Assembly (NCBI GenBank): GCA_964406105.1
Contig: CAYOQK010000011.1
Coordinates: 1,110-65,109 of the forward strand
Direction: 5' to 3'
DNA: 64,000 nt
Source: an uncultured bacterium
Lineage (GTDB): Bacteria; Hydrothermota; Hydrothermia; WGAB01
Of the stretch, positions 26,165-35,652 are shown piece by piece; within the stretch, counting starts at the first letter, position 1; every line of letters starts with the position of its first letter. The notes beneath the pieces are model-generated. The model saw only the letters and a list, made by a program, of their open reading frames with translations. It ran no database searches and was not told the DNA's origin. The position numbers and the translations under genes were made by a program.

Positions 26165-27812
26165 GCAGGCTTATCTCTGGATTGGAGGGCGCCGCCTCCG
26201 GAGCACTTCATCGGCCCCCTCTCTAAACCCCTCCACGGGCCAACGTTTGGGCATTGCCTGGCAAGCCGAGCCTCAGCACTTGGACCAGGCCATACAGGAG
26301 GCTCAACGGGCCTTTGAACGTTGGAAATCCCTCACCCCCGAAGACCGACGGCCCTGGTTCCGCCGCATGAAAATCCTGCTGCTGGAACGGGCGGAGGAAC
26401 TGGCCCGGCTCATCGCCCTGGAACAGGGAAAACCCATCGTGGAGGCCTGGGCCGTGGAACTCCTGCCCACCCTGGGCCTTTTGACCTATTTGGAGCAAGA
26501 GGCCCCTCGCTTGCTTCGTCCGCAGCGGCTCCAACCCTTTGAACTCCTATTCGCAGATAAAACCCTGGAACTGCACCTGGAACCCTTGGGGGCTATCCTG
26601 GTCATCTCTCCCTGGAACTATCCCTGGCTTTTGGCGGCCAGTGCCCTCCTTTCAGCCTTGGCTGTTGGCAATGCTGTCGTGTGGAAACCCTCGCCCCTCA
26701 CCCCTTTGGTGGCCGAAGCTCTGACCCAATGGATCCACGATGCTGGGGTTCCCGAGGGCCTGGTGAACGTCCTCCACGGCGGCGGAACCGTGGGAGCAGC
26801 CCTGGTGCAACGACCGGAGTTTCAACTGATCCACTTCACGGGGTCCACGGAAACCGGCCGACGAATCATGGCCACCGCCGCACCCCACGTGACCCCCTTG
26901 GTGCTGGAGCTGGGGGGCAAGGATCCCATGATCGTGCTGGAGGACGCCGACGTGGAACGCGCAGCCCAGGGAGCAGTATGGGCAGCCTTGATGAACGCCG
27001 GACAAACCTGTAGTTCCGTGGAACGGGTGTTCGTACACCGAAGTCTATACACCGATTTCGTGGAGCGGGTGGTGCACCTCACTCGCCAGTTACGTGTAGG
27101 CAACCCTCTGGACATCCGTACGGATCTCGGCCCTTTAACCGCGGAGTTTCAATGGCAAAAGGTGCATCACCACGTGAAAGACGCCGTGGAACGGGGAGCA
27201 CAAGTGCTCACCGGGGGCGGGCGACCCAGAGGGCTGCCCACGGGATTCTTCTATGCTCCCACCATATTGGTCCAGGTACCCCTGGAGGCCCCAGTGCTCC
27301 GGGAGGAAACCTTTGGGCCGGTGCTGCCCATCGTGCCCTTTGACACTGAAGCCCAGGTGCTCCGTTGGGTACATGCCGTACCCTATGGGCTCACGTGTTC
27401 CCTCTGGACCCGGGATCCTGAGCGGGCCCGGGCCCTGGTCCGGACCCTGCGGGCGGGCACCGTTACCCTCAACGACCACACCTTTTCCTACGCCGAACCC
27501 CGGGCTCCTTGGGGTGGCCTTGGAGACTCTGGCTTCGGCCGATCCCACGGGGCCCTGGGCCTTTTGGCCATGTGCCATGTGAAAACCGTGGCCTATGACT
27601 TCACCCCTCGTTCCCGCCAGCTCTGGTGGTACCCCTACGGGCCCACCTTGGCAGCGCTCCTTCGGCGAGCAGCCCCTGCCCTGTACCACCCCTCCCGCGT
27701 TCAGCGGGTGCGGGCTCTCCTGCACCTCATACGACGCCACTGGGGCGAACTCCGTGCGGGGCTCTCCCTGGCCAACTTGGCCCGCCGCGGGCTGGACTGG
27801 TTCCAACGGTAG
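26139..27812 (+). CDS. Aldehyde dehydrogenase family protein
   Basis: ELGGKDP (Glu active-site motif) and GQTCSSVERVFV (catalytic Cys). The start is placed at ATG 26139, which overlaps the 3' end of the upstream reductase. Confidence 0.75.
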   Translation: MTPRKSVAEQAYLWIGGRRLRSTSSAPSLNPSTGQRLGIAWQAEPQHLDQAIQEAQRAFERWKSLTPEDRRPWFRRMKILLLERAEELARLIALEQGKPIVEAWAVELLPTLGLLTYLEQEAPRLLRPQRLQPFELLFADKTLELHLEPLGAILVISPWNYPWLLAASALLSALAVGNAVVWKPSPLTPLVAEALTQWIHDAGVPEGLVNVLHGGGTVGAALVQRPEFQLIHFTGSTETGRRIMATAAPHVTPLVLELGGKDPMIVLEDADVERAAQGAVWAALMNAGQTCSSVERVFVHRSLYTDFVERVVHLTRQLRVGNPLDIRTDLGPLTAEFQWQKVHHHVKDAVERGAQVLTGGGRPRGLPTGFFYAPTILVQVPLEAPVLREETFGPVLPIVPFDTEAQVLRWVHAVPYGLTCSLWTRDPERARALVRTLRAGTVTLNDHTFSYAEPRAPWGGLGDSGFGRSHGALGLLAMCHVKTVAYDFTPRSRQLWWYPYGPTLAALLRRAAPALYHPSRVQRVRALLHLIRRHWGELRAGLSLANLARRGLDWFQR

Positions 27813-27903
27813 CCCCACAGGCTCAAGACGGTACCAGCAAACCTCCAATGTTGGGCGTAAAATATGCAAACGTTGTGAAACGTTCACAAAAGGAGGTTTG
27901 GCC

Positions 27904-28191
27904 ATGAAAAAGCTGCTGCTGAGTGGACTTCTCGCGGGGTTTTTGCTGGCAGGTGTGGGGTGCCAGCAAACCGGCAACGTGGGAGACCTGCAGAACCAGG
28001 TGAAGGACCTGGCCAACAAGGTGGCCCAACTGGAAAAGGAGATCGGAGAACTCAAGGCCCAGGTGAGCCAATTGATGGGTGAGGAACGGGAAGAGGGCGA
28101 AGATTCTGAGGCTTATGAGCACGGCCAAAAGGAAAGCGGCACTTCCAAGGCCGGAACCCATCGTCCCCCTGCCCGTAAGAAAACCAAGTAA
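27904..28191 (+). CDS. Small coiled-coil lipoprotein, Braun lipoprotein (Lpp)-like, with a C-terminal Lys
   Basis: AAAGGAGG RBS, then MKKLLLSGLLAGFLLAGVGC (lipobox) followed by the heptad coiled coil DLQNQVKDLANKVAQLEKEIGELKAQVSQL. There is an acidic tract, and the protein ends in ...ARKKTK. Confidence 0.6.
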   Translation: MKKLLLSGLLAGFLLAGVGCQQTGNVGDLQNQVKDLANKVAQLEKEIGELKAQVSQLMGEEREEGEDSEAYEHGQKESGTSKAGTHRPPARKKTK

Positions 28192-28205
28192 CCGGAGGTG
28201 ATGCC

Positions 28206-29015
28206 ATGAAGCGTCTTTTGCTCGCCTTGACCATCGTGGGAATGGCGGCCGTTACGGCCTGCGAACCCACCACCGAAACCACGGCCTTGCCGGCTCCGCA
28301 GAACCTTCGCATCACCGGCGTCGCCCACGACGGCACCGGCATCGTGCTGGAATGGGAAGCCGTGGAGGGGGCTCACGGGTACAACGTGTACTTCAATGGT
28401 ACCGTGCTGGGCAACACCGTGAACACCACGTACACTGTGGATTCCCTGATCGGTGAGTTCACCGTGGCCGCTGTGGACGAGAATGGAAACGCCGGCGAAC
28501 GGGCCCAAGTGGTGAACAACTATGCGGTTACCGGCAGCGCCACCATCTACGAACGGAGCCAAGAGGGGTGGTCGGGCTTCTATTGGGACCCCGACGGCTC
28601 TGGCCATACCATCAGTTTGAACGAACCCACCCAACTGGACTTCTACCTGGATGACTTCACCTCCGGCAGTACCAACAACTTCCGGCTGCACCTGGTGAGC
28701 CCCACCTACAACTTCTTCGGTGGGGCCTTTGGCTCGGATACCACGTGGATGAGTGCTGATCCCCACACGGCACCGGCCGATTGGTTCCCCTCCGGTGAAG
28801 AGGTGGCCGAGGTGGCCCCGTACGACGATCCCGCTGATCCCCAAAGGGGTTTGGCACCGGGAGACGTGTACTTCATGGAGGTGGACGTGAACGGCGAGAT
28901 CCACTACGCCTGGGTCAAGGTGGTGAACATCGGTGCCAACGAGGAAGAAGGCCGGCTGGACTTTGAGTTCGCCTTCCAGCCGATTGCTGGGTTTCGGGGT
29001 CTAAAGACCCGCTGA
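28206..29015 (+). CDS. Lipoprotein with an FN3-like domain, function unknown
   Basis: Signal peptide plus lipobox (AAVTAC). LRITGVAHDGTGIVLEWEAVEGAHGYNVYFNGT is a fibronectin type III-like pattern. Confidence 0.55.
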   Translation: MKRLLLALTIVGMAAVTACEPTTETTALPAPQNLRITGVAHDGTGIVLEWEAVEGAHGYNVYFNGTVLGNTVNTTYTVDSLIGEFTVAAVDENGNAGERAQVVNNYAVTGSATIYERSQEGWSGFYWDPDGSGHTISLNEPTQLDFYLDDFTSGSTNNFRLHLVSPTYNFFGGAFGSDTTWMSADPHTAPADWFPSGEEVAEVAPYDDPADPQRGLAPGDVYFMEVDVNGEIHYAWVKVVNIGANEEEGRLDFEFAFQPIAGFRGLKTR

Positions 29016-29040
29016 GTGCCAAGGCACAACGCCACGAAAA

Positions 29041-29072
29041 GGTGGGGCCGGCTTCGCCGGCCCCACCTTTTT
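29041..29072 (+). terminator. Rho-independent terminator
   Basis: ggtggggccggc-ttcg-ccggccccacc followed by TTTTTT. Confidence 0.8.
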
Positions 29073-29151
29073 TACCCCTCCAAAAACCTCCTCGTCCCAG
29101 GCCACCACGTCTCCATTGTGTTCACCGCCTGGGGCCTGTACCATTCCAGCG

Positions 29152-29841
29152 ATGTTACCTTTGCGAGACGAAAACCCCATTCGTGGAACCCCCTACGTGA
29201 CCTATGGACTGATCGTCCTGAATGTGCTGGCCTTTCTCTACGAACTCTCCCTGGGGCCACACGTAGGTGTGCTGTTCCAACGGTTGGGGGTGATCCCCTA
29301 TGAGTTCACCCACCTTACGGATATCGGTGTGCCCACCCTATTCCCTTGGAATCTGCTCACCTCCATGTTCCTGCACGGGGGATGGATGCACTTGCTGGGC
29401 AACATGCTGTACCTGTGGATTTTCGGCGACAACGTGGAACTCACCTTTGGTCATTTCCGGTATCTTCTGTTCTACCTGGCCTCTGGCCTGGCCGCCGCTC
29501 TGCTGCAAATCCTGGTGAATTGGAATTCCCCAGTGCCCATGATCGGGGCCTCGGGCGCCATCAGCGGTGTGCTGGGCGCCTATCTCGTGTTCTTCCCCGG
29601 AGCCCGGATCCTTACCCTGGTCATCTTCGGCTTCTTCTGGGACGTGGTGGCCATCCCTGCCTTTTTCCTGCTGGGCTTTTGGTTCATTCTCCAGTTCTTC
29701 CAAGGCCTGTTGAGCCTTCCCTTCGCCCACGGGGGCGGGGTGGCCTGGTTCGCCCACGTGGGGGGCTTTGCCTTTGGCTGGCTGGTGGCCCGATGGTACC
29801 GGCGACGGCTCCGCCGTCGGTACTACGAGGTGTTCTTCTAA
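29152..29841 (+). CDS. Rhomboid family intramembrane serine protease
   Basis: GASGAISGVLGAYLV (the GxSG catalytic Ser motif), a His in FAHVGGFAFG, and multiple TM helices. The start is ATG 29152. Confidence 0.75.
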   Translation: MLPLRDENPIRGTPYVTYGLIVLNVLAFLYELSLGPHVGVLFQRLGVIPYEFTHLTDIGVPTLFPWNLLTSMFLHGGWMHLLGNMLYLWIFGDNVELTFGHFRYLLFYLASGLAAALLQILVNWNSPVPMIGASGAISGVLGAYLVFFPGARILTLVIFGFFWDVVAIPAFFLLGFWFILQFFQGLLSLPFAHGGGVAWFAHVGGFAFGWLVARWYRRRLRRRYYEVFF

Positions 29842-29936
29842 ACGCTTGGCAAAGGCGGTGAAATGGCCGTATAGTTGAGGGGTTACCGGGGATTTTTCAG
29901 GGCCACGATCGGATTTCTCGTCCCACGGGAGGTTGC

Positions 29937-31145
29937 GTGAAAGACTTTGATGTGATCATCGCCGGTGCTGGCCCGGCCGGAGCATCCGCAGCGAAGGTTC
30001 TGGCAGGCCGAGGGTTCCGGGTCCTCCTGCTGGAACGACAACGCACGGTAGCCCAGTATATCCCCTGTGCTGAGGGCATCTCTCGTCGGGTCCTTGTGAC
30101 CTTTGAACCCGAAGACCCCCGTTGGATCGCTGCCACCGTAGATAAAGTCCGGTTTCTGGCTCCAGAGCAGGAAACCTTTGAGGTTTTAACCCCCAAAGTG
30201 GGCTATATCCTGGAACGAAAGGTGTTTGACCGCCATCTGGTGAATGAGGCCCTCTTGGCAGGAGCCGACCTTATCACCGGTGCCACCGTGACCCATGCTG
30301 AACGAACCGAATCCGGCGTCACCGTGTATTACCAGCACCAGGGACAGCAGAAACACCTGGAGGCCCAACTGGTGATCGGTGCCGACGGTCCGGGGTCCGT
30401 GGTGGGTCGCAGTTTGGGGCTCCGTTTGGACCTGACGCCCAAGGACGTTCACCGGTGTCATCAGGTGCTTCTGGCGCATCCCAGCATTGAAGCCGAACGC
30501 ATGGAAATCGCCGTAGGGCAAGGGGTGGCCCCGGGCGGATACGCCTGGGTGTTCCCTAAGGACCGAGGGCTGGCCAACGTGGGGGTAGGGATCCTGGGCG
30601 ATGAGGCTCAAGCCCGGCGGTTCACTCTCCAGTTCATCGCTCAACGGTTCCCTGGGGGCAAGATCCTGGGCGAGTTGGCCAGTGTGGTCCCCACGGGTGG
30701 TCATCGTATGGATCTCGTGGGCGACCGGGTCATGGTGGTTGGGGATGCGGCCCGGTTGGCCGATCCCCTTTCCGGTGGCGGCATTCCCCAAGCCTTAGAC
30801 TCCGGCCACATCGCGGGAGAGGTGGCCGCCGAGGCCCTGGAAAACGGTCGCTTGGATGCCCAAACCCTGGCCGAATATCCCCGCAGGTTTTGGAAAACCT
30901 ACGGGCGGTACCAAGACCTCTCGGTGCGGCTCCGGGATTTCTACTTGGAACTCAACGATGGGGAACTGGCCTATTTGGCCCGATCCCTTAAAAGCGTGTT
31001 TGACGGTAAAATACTCACCACCCCAGACGCATTCTTCTTGGTTCGCCGGGCCCTCCTGGAACGCCCGGGGTTGATGGTGTTCCTGCTGCGAAAGGGGAGG
31101 AAGGCCCTTGTTGACTATCTACAGGAGCGTATTCTCGGCGGGTGA
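29937..31145 (+). CDS. Geranylgeranyl reductase family FAD-dependent oxidoreductase
   Basis: GTG start after GGGAGG. DVIIAGAGPAGASAAKVLAGRGFRVLLLER is the FAD-binding fold, and the length and pattern are typical of the geranylgeranyl reductase family. Confidence 0.6.
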   Translation: MKDFDVIIAGAGPAGASAAKVLAGRGFRVLLLERQRTVAQYIPCAEGISRRVLVTFEPEDPRWIAATVDKVRFLAPEQETFEVLTPKVGYILERKVFDRHLVNEALLAGADLITGATVTHAERTESGVTVYYQHQGQQKHLEAQLVIGADGPGSVVGRSLGLRLDLTPKDVHRCHQVLLAHPSIEAERMEIAVGQGVAPGGYAWVFPKDRGLANVGVGILGDEAQARRFTLQFIAQRFPGGKILGELASVVPTGGHRMDLVGDRVMVVGDAARLADPLSGGGIPQALDSGHIAGEVAAEALENGRLDAQTLAEYPRRFWKTYGRYQDLSVRLRDFYLELNDGELAYLARSLKSVFDGKILTTPDAFFLVRRALLERPGLMVFLLRKGRKALVDYLQERILGG

Positions 31146-31821
31146 AAAGGGGCTCCTGGTTCTCCTGGATCCCGACCGGTCGGACGATCACCATCTGGAC
31201 CGGTTGCTTCCTCGGTTAAACGCTTCCCACCGGGTTCGTGCGGTGCTGGTAGGCACCAGCATCCTGATGTCTCCTGGACTTGACAGGTTCGTAGAAAGGG
31301 TCAAAAATAAGTGCCAGAAACCTGTCATCCTGTTCCCGGGGAGCGTGGTTCAACTCACACCCAAGGCCGATGCTCTCCTTTACCTGGTGATGGTCAGTGG
31401 ACGGAACCCGGAATTGTTAATCGGTGAACATGTGAAGGCCGCCCCCTTAATCCGGCACTACGGGTTGGAGGCCATAGCTACTGCCTACATTCTGGTGGAA
31501 TCCGGGGCATACACGGCGGTGGAGTACGTGTCCTTTACCCGCCCGATCCCCCGGAATAAGCCAGAGATCGTTGTGGCCCATGCGTTGGCCTCGTACTACA
31601 TGGGCATGAAGGCCGTGTACCTGGAGGGGGGATCTGGTGCCCGGGAACCCGTGCCTGTCCAGGTGATCCGGGCCGTGAAGGAAACCGTGCCCCTTCCCTT
31701 GATCGTGGGGGGCGGGCTCCGCAGTCGGGAACAGGTGGAAGAGGTTCTGGAGGCCGGGGCTGACCTCGCCGTCGTGGGGACCGCCCTGGAGGAGAATCCA
31801 GACCTCATGGAGGTGCTGTAA
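31108..31821 (+). CDS. pcrB: Geranylgeranylglyceryl phosphate synthase family protein (PcrB/GGGPS-like prenyl-glycerol-phosphate synthase)
   Basis: VILFPG, VYLEGGSGA, IVGGGLRS and LAVVGTALEE align with B. subtilis PcrB (FYLEYSG, FYGGGIK, VIVVGNAVYE). The gene overlaps the upstream reductase by 38 nt. Confidence 0.7.
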   Translation: MLTIYRSVFSAGEKGLLVLLDPDRSDDHHLDRLLPRLNASHRVRAVLVGTSILMSPGLDRFVERVKNKCQKPVILFPGSVVQLTPKADALLYLVMVSGRNPELLIGEHVKAAPLIRHYGLEAIATAYILVESGAYTAVEYVSFTRPIPRNKPEIVVAHALASYYMGMKAVYLEGGSGAREPVPVQVIRAVKETVPLPLIVGGGLRSREQVEEVLEAGADLAVVGTALEENPDLMEVL

Positions 31822-31842
31822 GTCCGAATTTCAAGGTGCAAC

Positions 31843-32508
31843 ATGATCAAACCCCAGGATGTGATTGCCAATCCAAGAGTGCAGTACATGATCCAAAGTG
31901 CCGATGCCCAACTGGCCGCCTTGGGATACACCGAGCACGGCTTACGGCATGTTAAACTCGTGGCCAAGCGGGCAGGCTATATCCTGCGGAAACTCAAGTA
32001 CCCTCGTCGCACCGCCGAACTCGCGGAGATCGCCGGCTACCTGCACGACATCGGAAACCTGCTGAATCGGGAGCACCATGCCCAAACCGGCGGGGTGCTC
32101 GCATTCCACGTACTCACCGAGATGGGCATGCCCTTTGAGGAAACCATTGAGGTGGTCCGGGCCATCGGGAATCACCACGAGGAGGACGGTCTCCCGGCCA
32201 CTCCTATCTCCGCGGCCCTCATCCTGGCCGACAAATCGGATGTTCACCGATCCCGCGTTCGTCCCTTGGGCGACATCCGCAGCGACATCCATGACCGGGT
32301 CAACTACGCCGCCATCTCCTCCCGGGTGGTGGTGGACACCGCAGGCAATCAGCCCAGGGTGTACTACGACATCAAGATTGACACCTCCATCGCTCCGGTG
32401 ATGGAGTACTTCCAGATCTTCTTGTCGCGGATGCTCATCGCAGCCAAGGCGGCGAAGGTACTGCAGTGTCGGTTTGACCTGTACATCAACAAAACCAAAA
32501 TGACCTGA
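31843..32508 (+). CDS. HD-domain phosphohydrolase
   Basis: HGLRHV ... LHDIGN is the HD motif. Confidence 0.6.
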   Translation: MIKPQDVIANPRVQYMIQSADAQLAALGYTEHGLRHVKLVAKRAGYILRKLKYPRRTAELAEIAGYLHDIGNLLNREHHAQTGGVLAFHVLTEMGMPFEETIEVVRAIGNHHEEDGLPATPISAALILADKSDVHRSRVRPLGDIRSDIHDRVNYAAISSRVVVDTAGNQPRVYYDIKIDTSIAPVMEYFQIFLSRMLIAAKAAKVLQCRFDLYINKTKMT

Positions 32509-32527
32509 CAAAAGGGGGTGAAAACCC

Positions 32528-33844
32528 ATGGAAACCACCAAGGAGACCACCAAGGCGCTCCATGAGTTAACCCAGGCCGACCTGGAAAAGAAAAAGGTGG
32601 TAGAACTTTACGAAATCGCCAAGGAGTTGGAGATTCCCAACTACTCCACCTACCGGAAGGCCGAACTCATTGAGAAGATCCTGGAAACCATCGCCGAGAA
32701 GTACAAAAAGGAGGAGCACCCTCCCATCCGGGAAGGGGTGCTGCAGATCCTCCCGGAAGGTTTCGGATTCCTGAGATTTTCCGAGTACAACTACGCCCCT
32801 TCGCCTGAGGACATTTACGTGTCGCCATCCCAGATCAAGAAGTTGAACCTCCGCACAGGCGATGTGCTACGAGGCGAGATCCGGCCCCCACGCACCAGCG
32901 AACGGTTCGCCGCCATGATCCGCATCCTCTCGGTGAACGGACGTCCTCCAGAGGAAATGCGACACCGCGTGACCTTTGAACGCCTGACCCCCTACTACCC
33001 CACCGAAAAGATCCGCTTGGAGACACCCGACGATCCGGACCTCTCCATGCGCATCGTGGACCTGTTCGTGCCCATCGGCAAGGGCCAACGCGGGCTGATC
33101 GTGTCGCCCCCTCGGGCCGGTAAAACCGTCCTGCTCCAACAAATCGCCAATGCCATCGTGCGGAACCATCCAGAGATAGAACTCATCATCCTGCTGATTG
33201 ACGAACGCCCCGAAGAGGTTACCGACTTCCAACGTCGTGTACCCGCTGAGGTGGTGTCCTCCACCTTTGACCAGCCGGCAGAACGCCACGTCCAAGTGGC
33301 CGAGATGGTCCTGGAAAAGGCCAAACGCCAGGTGGAGCTGGGGAAAGACGTGGTCATTCTTTTAGACTCCATCACCCGTTTGGCTCGGGCGTACAACGTG
33401 CTTACCCCCCACTCGGGCCGCACCCTCACCGGGGGCATTGATTCCACCGCCCTGATCAAACCCAAAAAGTTCTTCGGGTCGGCCCGCAACATTGAAGACG
33501 GGGGGAGCCTCACCATCATCGCCACCGCTTTGATAGAAACCGGGTCCCGCATGGACGAGGTGATCTTTGAAGAATTCAAGGGCACCGGCAACATGGAACT
33601 GGTGCTGGATCGCCGCCTGGCCGATCGCCGGATCTTCCCCGCCATTGACATCCACAAGTCCGGCACCCGCCGTGAAGAACTCCTGCTCACCAAGGAGCAA
33701 CTGAACCGGATCTGGGTGCTGCGGAAGATCCTCTCCGAGATGCCTACCATTGAGGCCATGGAGTTCCTGCTGGACAAGATGCGGCTCACCCGGAACAACG
33801 AAGAGTTCCTCAAAACCCTACCCCGCATGGCCTCGGAGGTATAG
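32528..33844 (+). CDS. rho: Transcription termination factor Rho
   Basis: [37 protein letters not shown] (Walker A), an RNA-binding N-terminal domain, and the Q and R loops. Confidence 0.9.
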   Translation: METTKETTKALHELTQADLEKKKVVELYEIAKELEIPNYSTYRKAELIEKILETIAEKYKKEEHPPIREGVLQILPEGFGFLRFSEYNYAPSPEDIYVSPSQIKKLNLRTGDVLRGEIRPPRTSERFAAMIRILSVNGRPPEEMRHRVTFERLTPYYPTEKIRLETPDDPDLSMRIVDLFVPIGKGQRGLIVSPPRAGKTVLLQQIANAIVRNHPEIELIILLIDERPEEVTDFQRRVPAEVVSSTFDQPAERHVQVAEMVLEKAKRQVELGKDVVILLDSITRLARAYNVLTPHSGRTLTGGIDSTALIKPKKFFGSARNIEDGGSLTIIATALIETGSRMDEVIFEEFKGTGNMELVLDRRLADRRIFPAIDIHKSGTRREELLLTKEQLNRIWVLRKILSEMPTIEAMEFLLDKMRLTRNNEEFLKTLPRMASEV

Positions 33845-33876
33845 GGCTGAAGGCCTTTCTGTTCCTGCTCGCCCTG

Positions 33877-35598
33877 TTGCCCCTACCCCGCTATACCTAC
33901 ATCACCTCGGGGTTCGGGGATTCCCGCGGATTCCGGTATCACACCGGCATTGACCTCTCCACGGGCGGGAAACCCGGCATGCCCGTGCTTACCCTGGATT
34001 CCACCCGGCTTTGGCGGATCAAAACCTCCTACTTCGGCTACGGAAAGGCCTTGTACCTCATGAGTCCTAAGGGATGGCTCTACGTGTATGGCCACCTGTC
34101 CCGGTTTCACCCCTCGGTGGAACAATGGGCCTTTGAGGAACAACTGCGACGGCAAACCTACTTCCTGGACCTCTACCCGGTACAGGACTTCTTCTTTTAT
34201 CCCGGCCAAGAGGTAGGCCTCTCCGGGGCTACGGGTGCAGGGCCCCCGCATCTGCACTTTGAGGTACGCACCGAGGACAACCGACCGGTCAACCCCCTCT
34301 TCTTCCTGGACCTTCCCGACCATCGCCCCCCGGTGTTTGAGGGGCTGAGGGTGGTTTGCCGCTCCCCCTTGACCCTCGTTAACCGTTGGCCCGTGGACCA
34401 GGAACTCCCCTTGTACCAGGTTCACCGCACCCTCTGGCGCACGGAGGACCTGGACATCACCGGCCCCTTCGCCCTGGAGGTACGGGTGGCCGACAGCATT
34501 GACCGAAGCCATTACCGGATTAGCCCCTTTGAGCTCCTGGGCCTGGTGGACGGCGACACCTTCTTTTGGGTGGTCCACGACACCCTGCCCTTTGAAAACG
34601 GAACCGTGGCGGCTGTGGAGTACCACCGCGACGCCTGGGGCCGCCGTTGGACCCGTCTGTTTGCACCGGGCTCGTGGTACCATCGCCCTCTGCGCAAGGC
34701 CCAGAGCGCCTTGCGGCTGCCTGATGGTGAACACCACTTTGAAATCATCGCCCGCGACCTTCGGGGCAACACGGCACGCTTGACCTTTACGGTGTTTACC
34801 GGTGCCTATGGCCGCGATCCCTTTGAGGCCCCCGAAACCTTTGACTTTGAGGCCTTGTACCTGGATAGCCTGATGGCCCTTGGATTCCTCCCCAACGCCG
34901 CCATCGTGGAAACCCCTGAGAGCGTCGTGCTCCATCTGGACCACCATACCCTCCCCCAATGGCCTTCCCAGTGGTCGGCCACCCGCGACCTCTATGTGCT
35001 GAGCCGCCCCGGCGTGTACCAAGTGGGCCCTCGCAAACTGTGGTTCTTCTTTGCCGGACCCCAAACCGATACCGTGCACCTGGGAGACCACTGGACCCTC
35101 CTTTTCCCAGAGGGTGCCCTGCCAGAGAAAACCCCCTTCGTTGCCTTTGAGGACACGGCCCCCGCTCTGGCGGAACTCCTCCCCCAGGGCCCGGCCCTGC
35201 GATTGCTGGCGCGGGATCCGGTGTTCCTAAAGGCGGCCTATCTGAAGCCCCGCGATACCCTATCCGTGTACTGGGTGGAAGGCAACCGCGCCTCCTTCCT
35301 AAACGCCGGAGCCCTCCGGGGCACGGGGCTCTTCGCCTGCTATCGGGACACCGTGCCTCCCCGGGTGCACTGGCTTTCCCGTCGGCGACTTCTGGCCCGA
35401 CTGGAGGACCAAGGGAGCGGCATAGATGCCCGCACCCTGCAGGTTTGGGTGGATGGGGAGTGGATTCCTGCGTACTTTGACATTGACCATCAACGGGTAA
35501 CCTACGAGCATCCCTTAGGGCCGGGACCCCATCAGGTGGAACTCCGGGTGGCCGATCGGGCCGGAAACCTTACCACTTCGCATCACACGCTCCGGTAA
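33877..35598 (+). CDS. M23 family metallopeptidase with a large C-terminal extension
   Basis: HTGIDL (the HxxxD motif) and PPHLHFEV (the HxH motif). The start is uncertain: the ORF begins at TTG 33877, and the hydrophobic LKAFLFLLALL is encoded in-frame just upstream. Confidence 0.6.
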   Translation: MPLPRYTYITSGFGDSRGFRYHTGIDLSTGGKPGMPVLTLDSTRLWRIKTSYFGYGKALYLMSPKGWLYVYGHLSRFHPSVEQWAFEEQLRRQTYFLDLYPVQDFFFYPGQEVGLSGATGAGPPHLHFEVRTEDNRPVNPLFFLDLPDHRPPVFEGLRVVCRSPLTLVNRWPVDQELPLYQVHRTLWRTEDLDITGPFALEVRVADSIDRSHYRISPFELLGLVDGDTFFWVVHDTLPFENGTVAAVEYHRDAWGRRWTRLFAPGSWYHRPLRKAQSALRLPDGEHHFEIIARDLRGNTARLTFTVFTGAYGRDPFEAPETFDFEALYLDSLMALGFLPNAAIVETPESVVLHLDHHTLPQWPSQWSATRDLYVLSRPGVYQVGPRKLWFFFAGPQTDTVHLGDHWTLLFPEGALPEKTPFVAFEDTAPALAELLPQGPALRLLARDPVFLKAAYLKPRDTLSVYWVEGNRASFLNAGALRGTGLFACYRDTVPPRVHWLSRRRLLARLEDQGSGIDARTLQVWVDGEWIPAYFDIDHQRVTYEHPLGPGPHQVELRVADRAGNLTTSHHTLR

Positions 35599-35625
35599 AT
35601 CTCCCTGCCGAACCCTACGAGTTCT

Positions 35626-35631
35626 GTATAA
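35626..35631 (+). promoter_or_regulatory. Putative -10 box (TGTATAAT) upstream of the epimerase gene
   Basis: tgtataat lies at 35624-35631, an AT-rich island in GC-rich DNA about 20 nt upstream of ATG 35653. Confidence 0.35.
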
Positions 35632-35652
35632 TTGGCGGGCACTCTACAGCCC

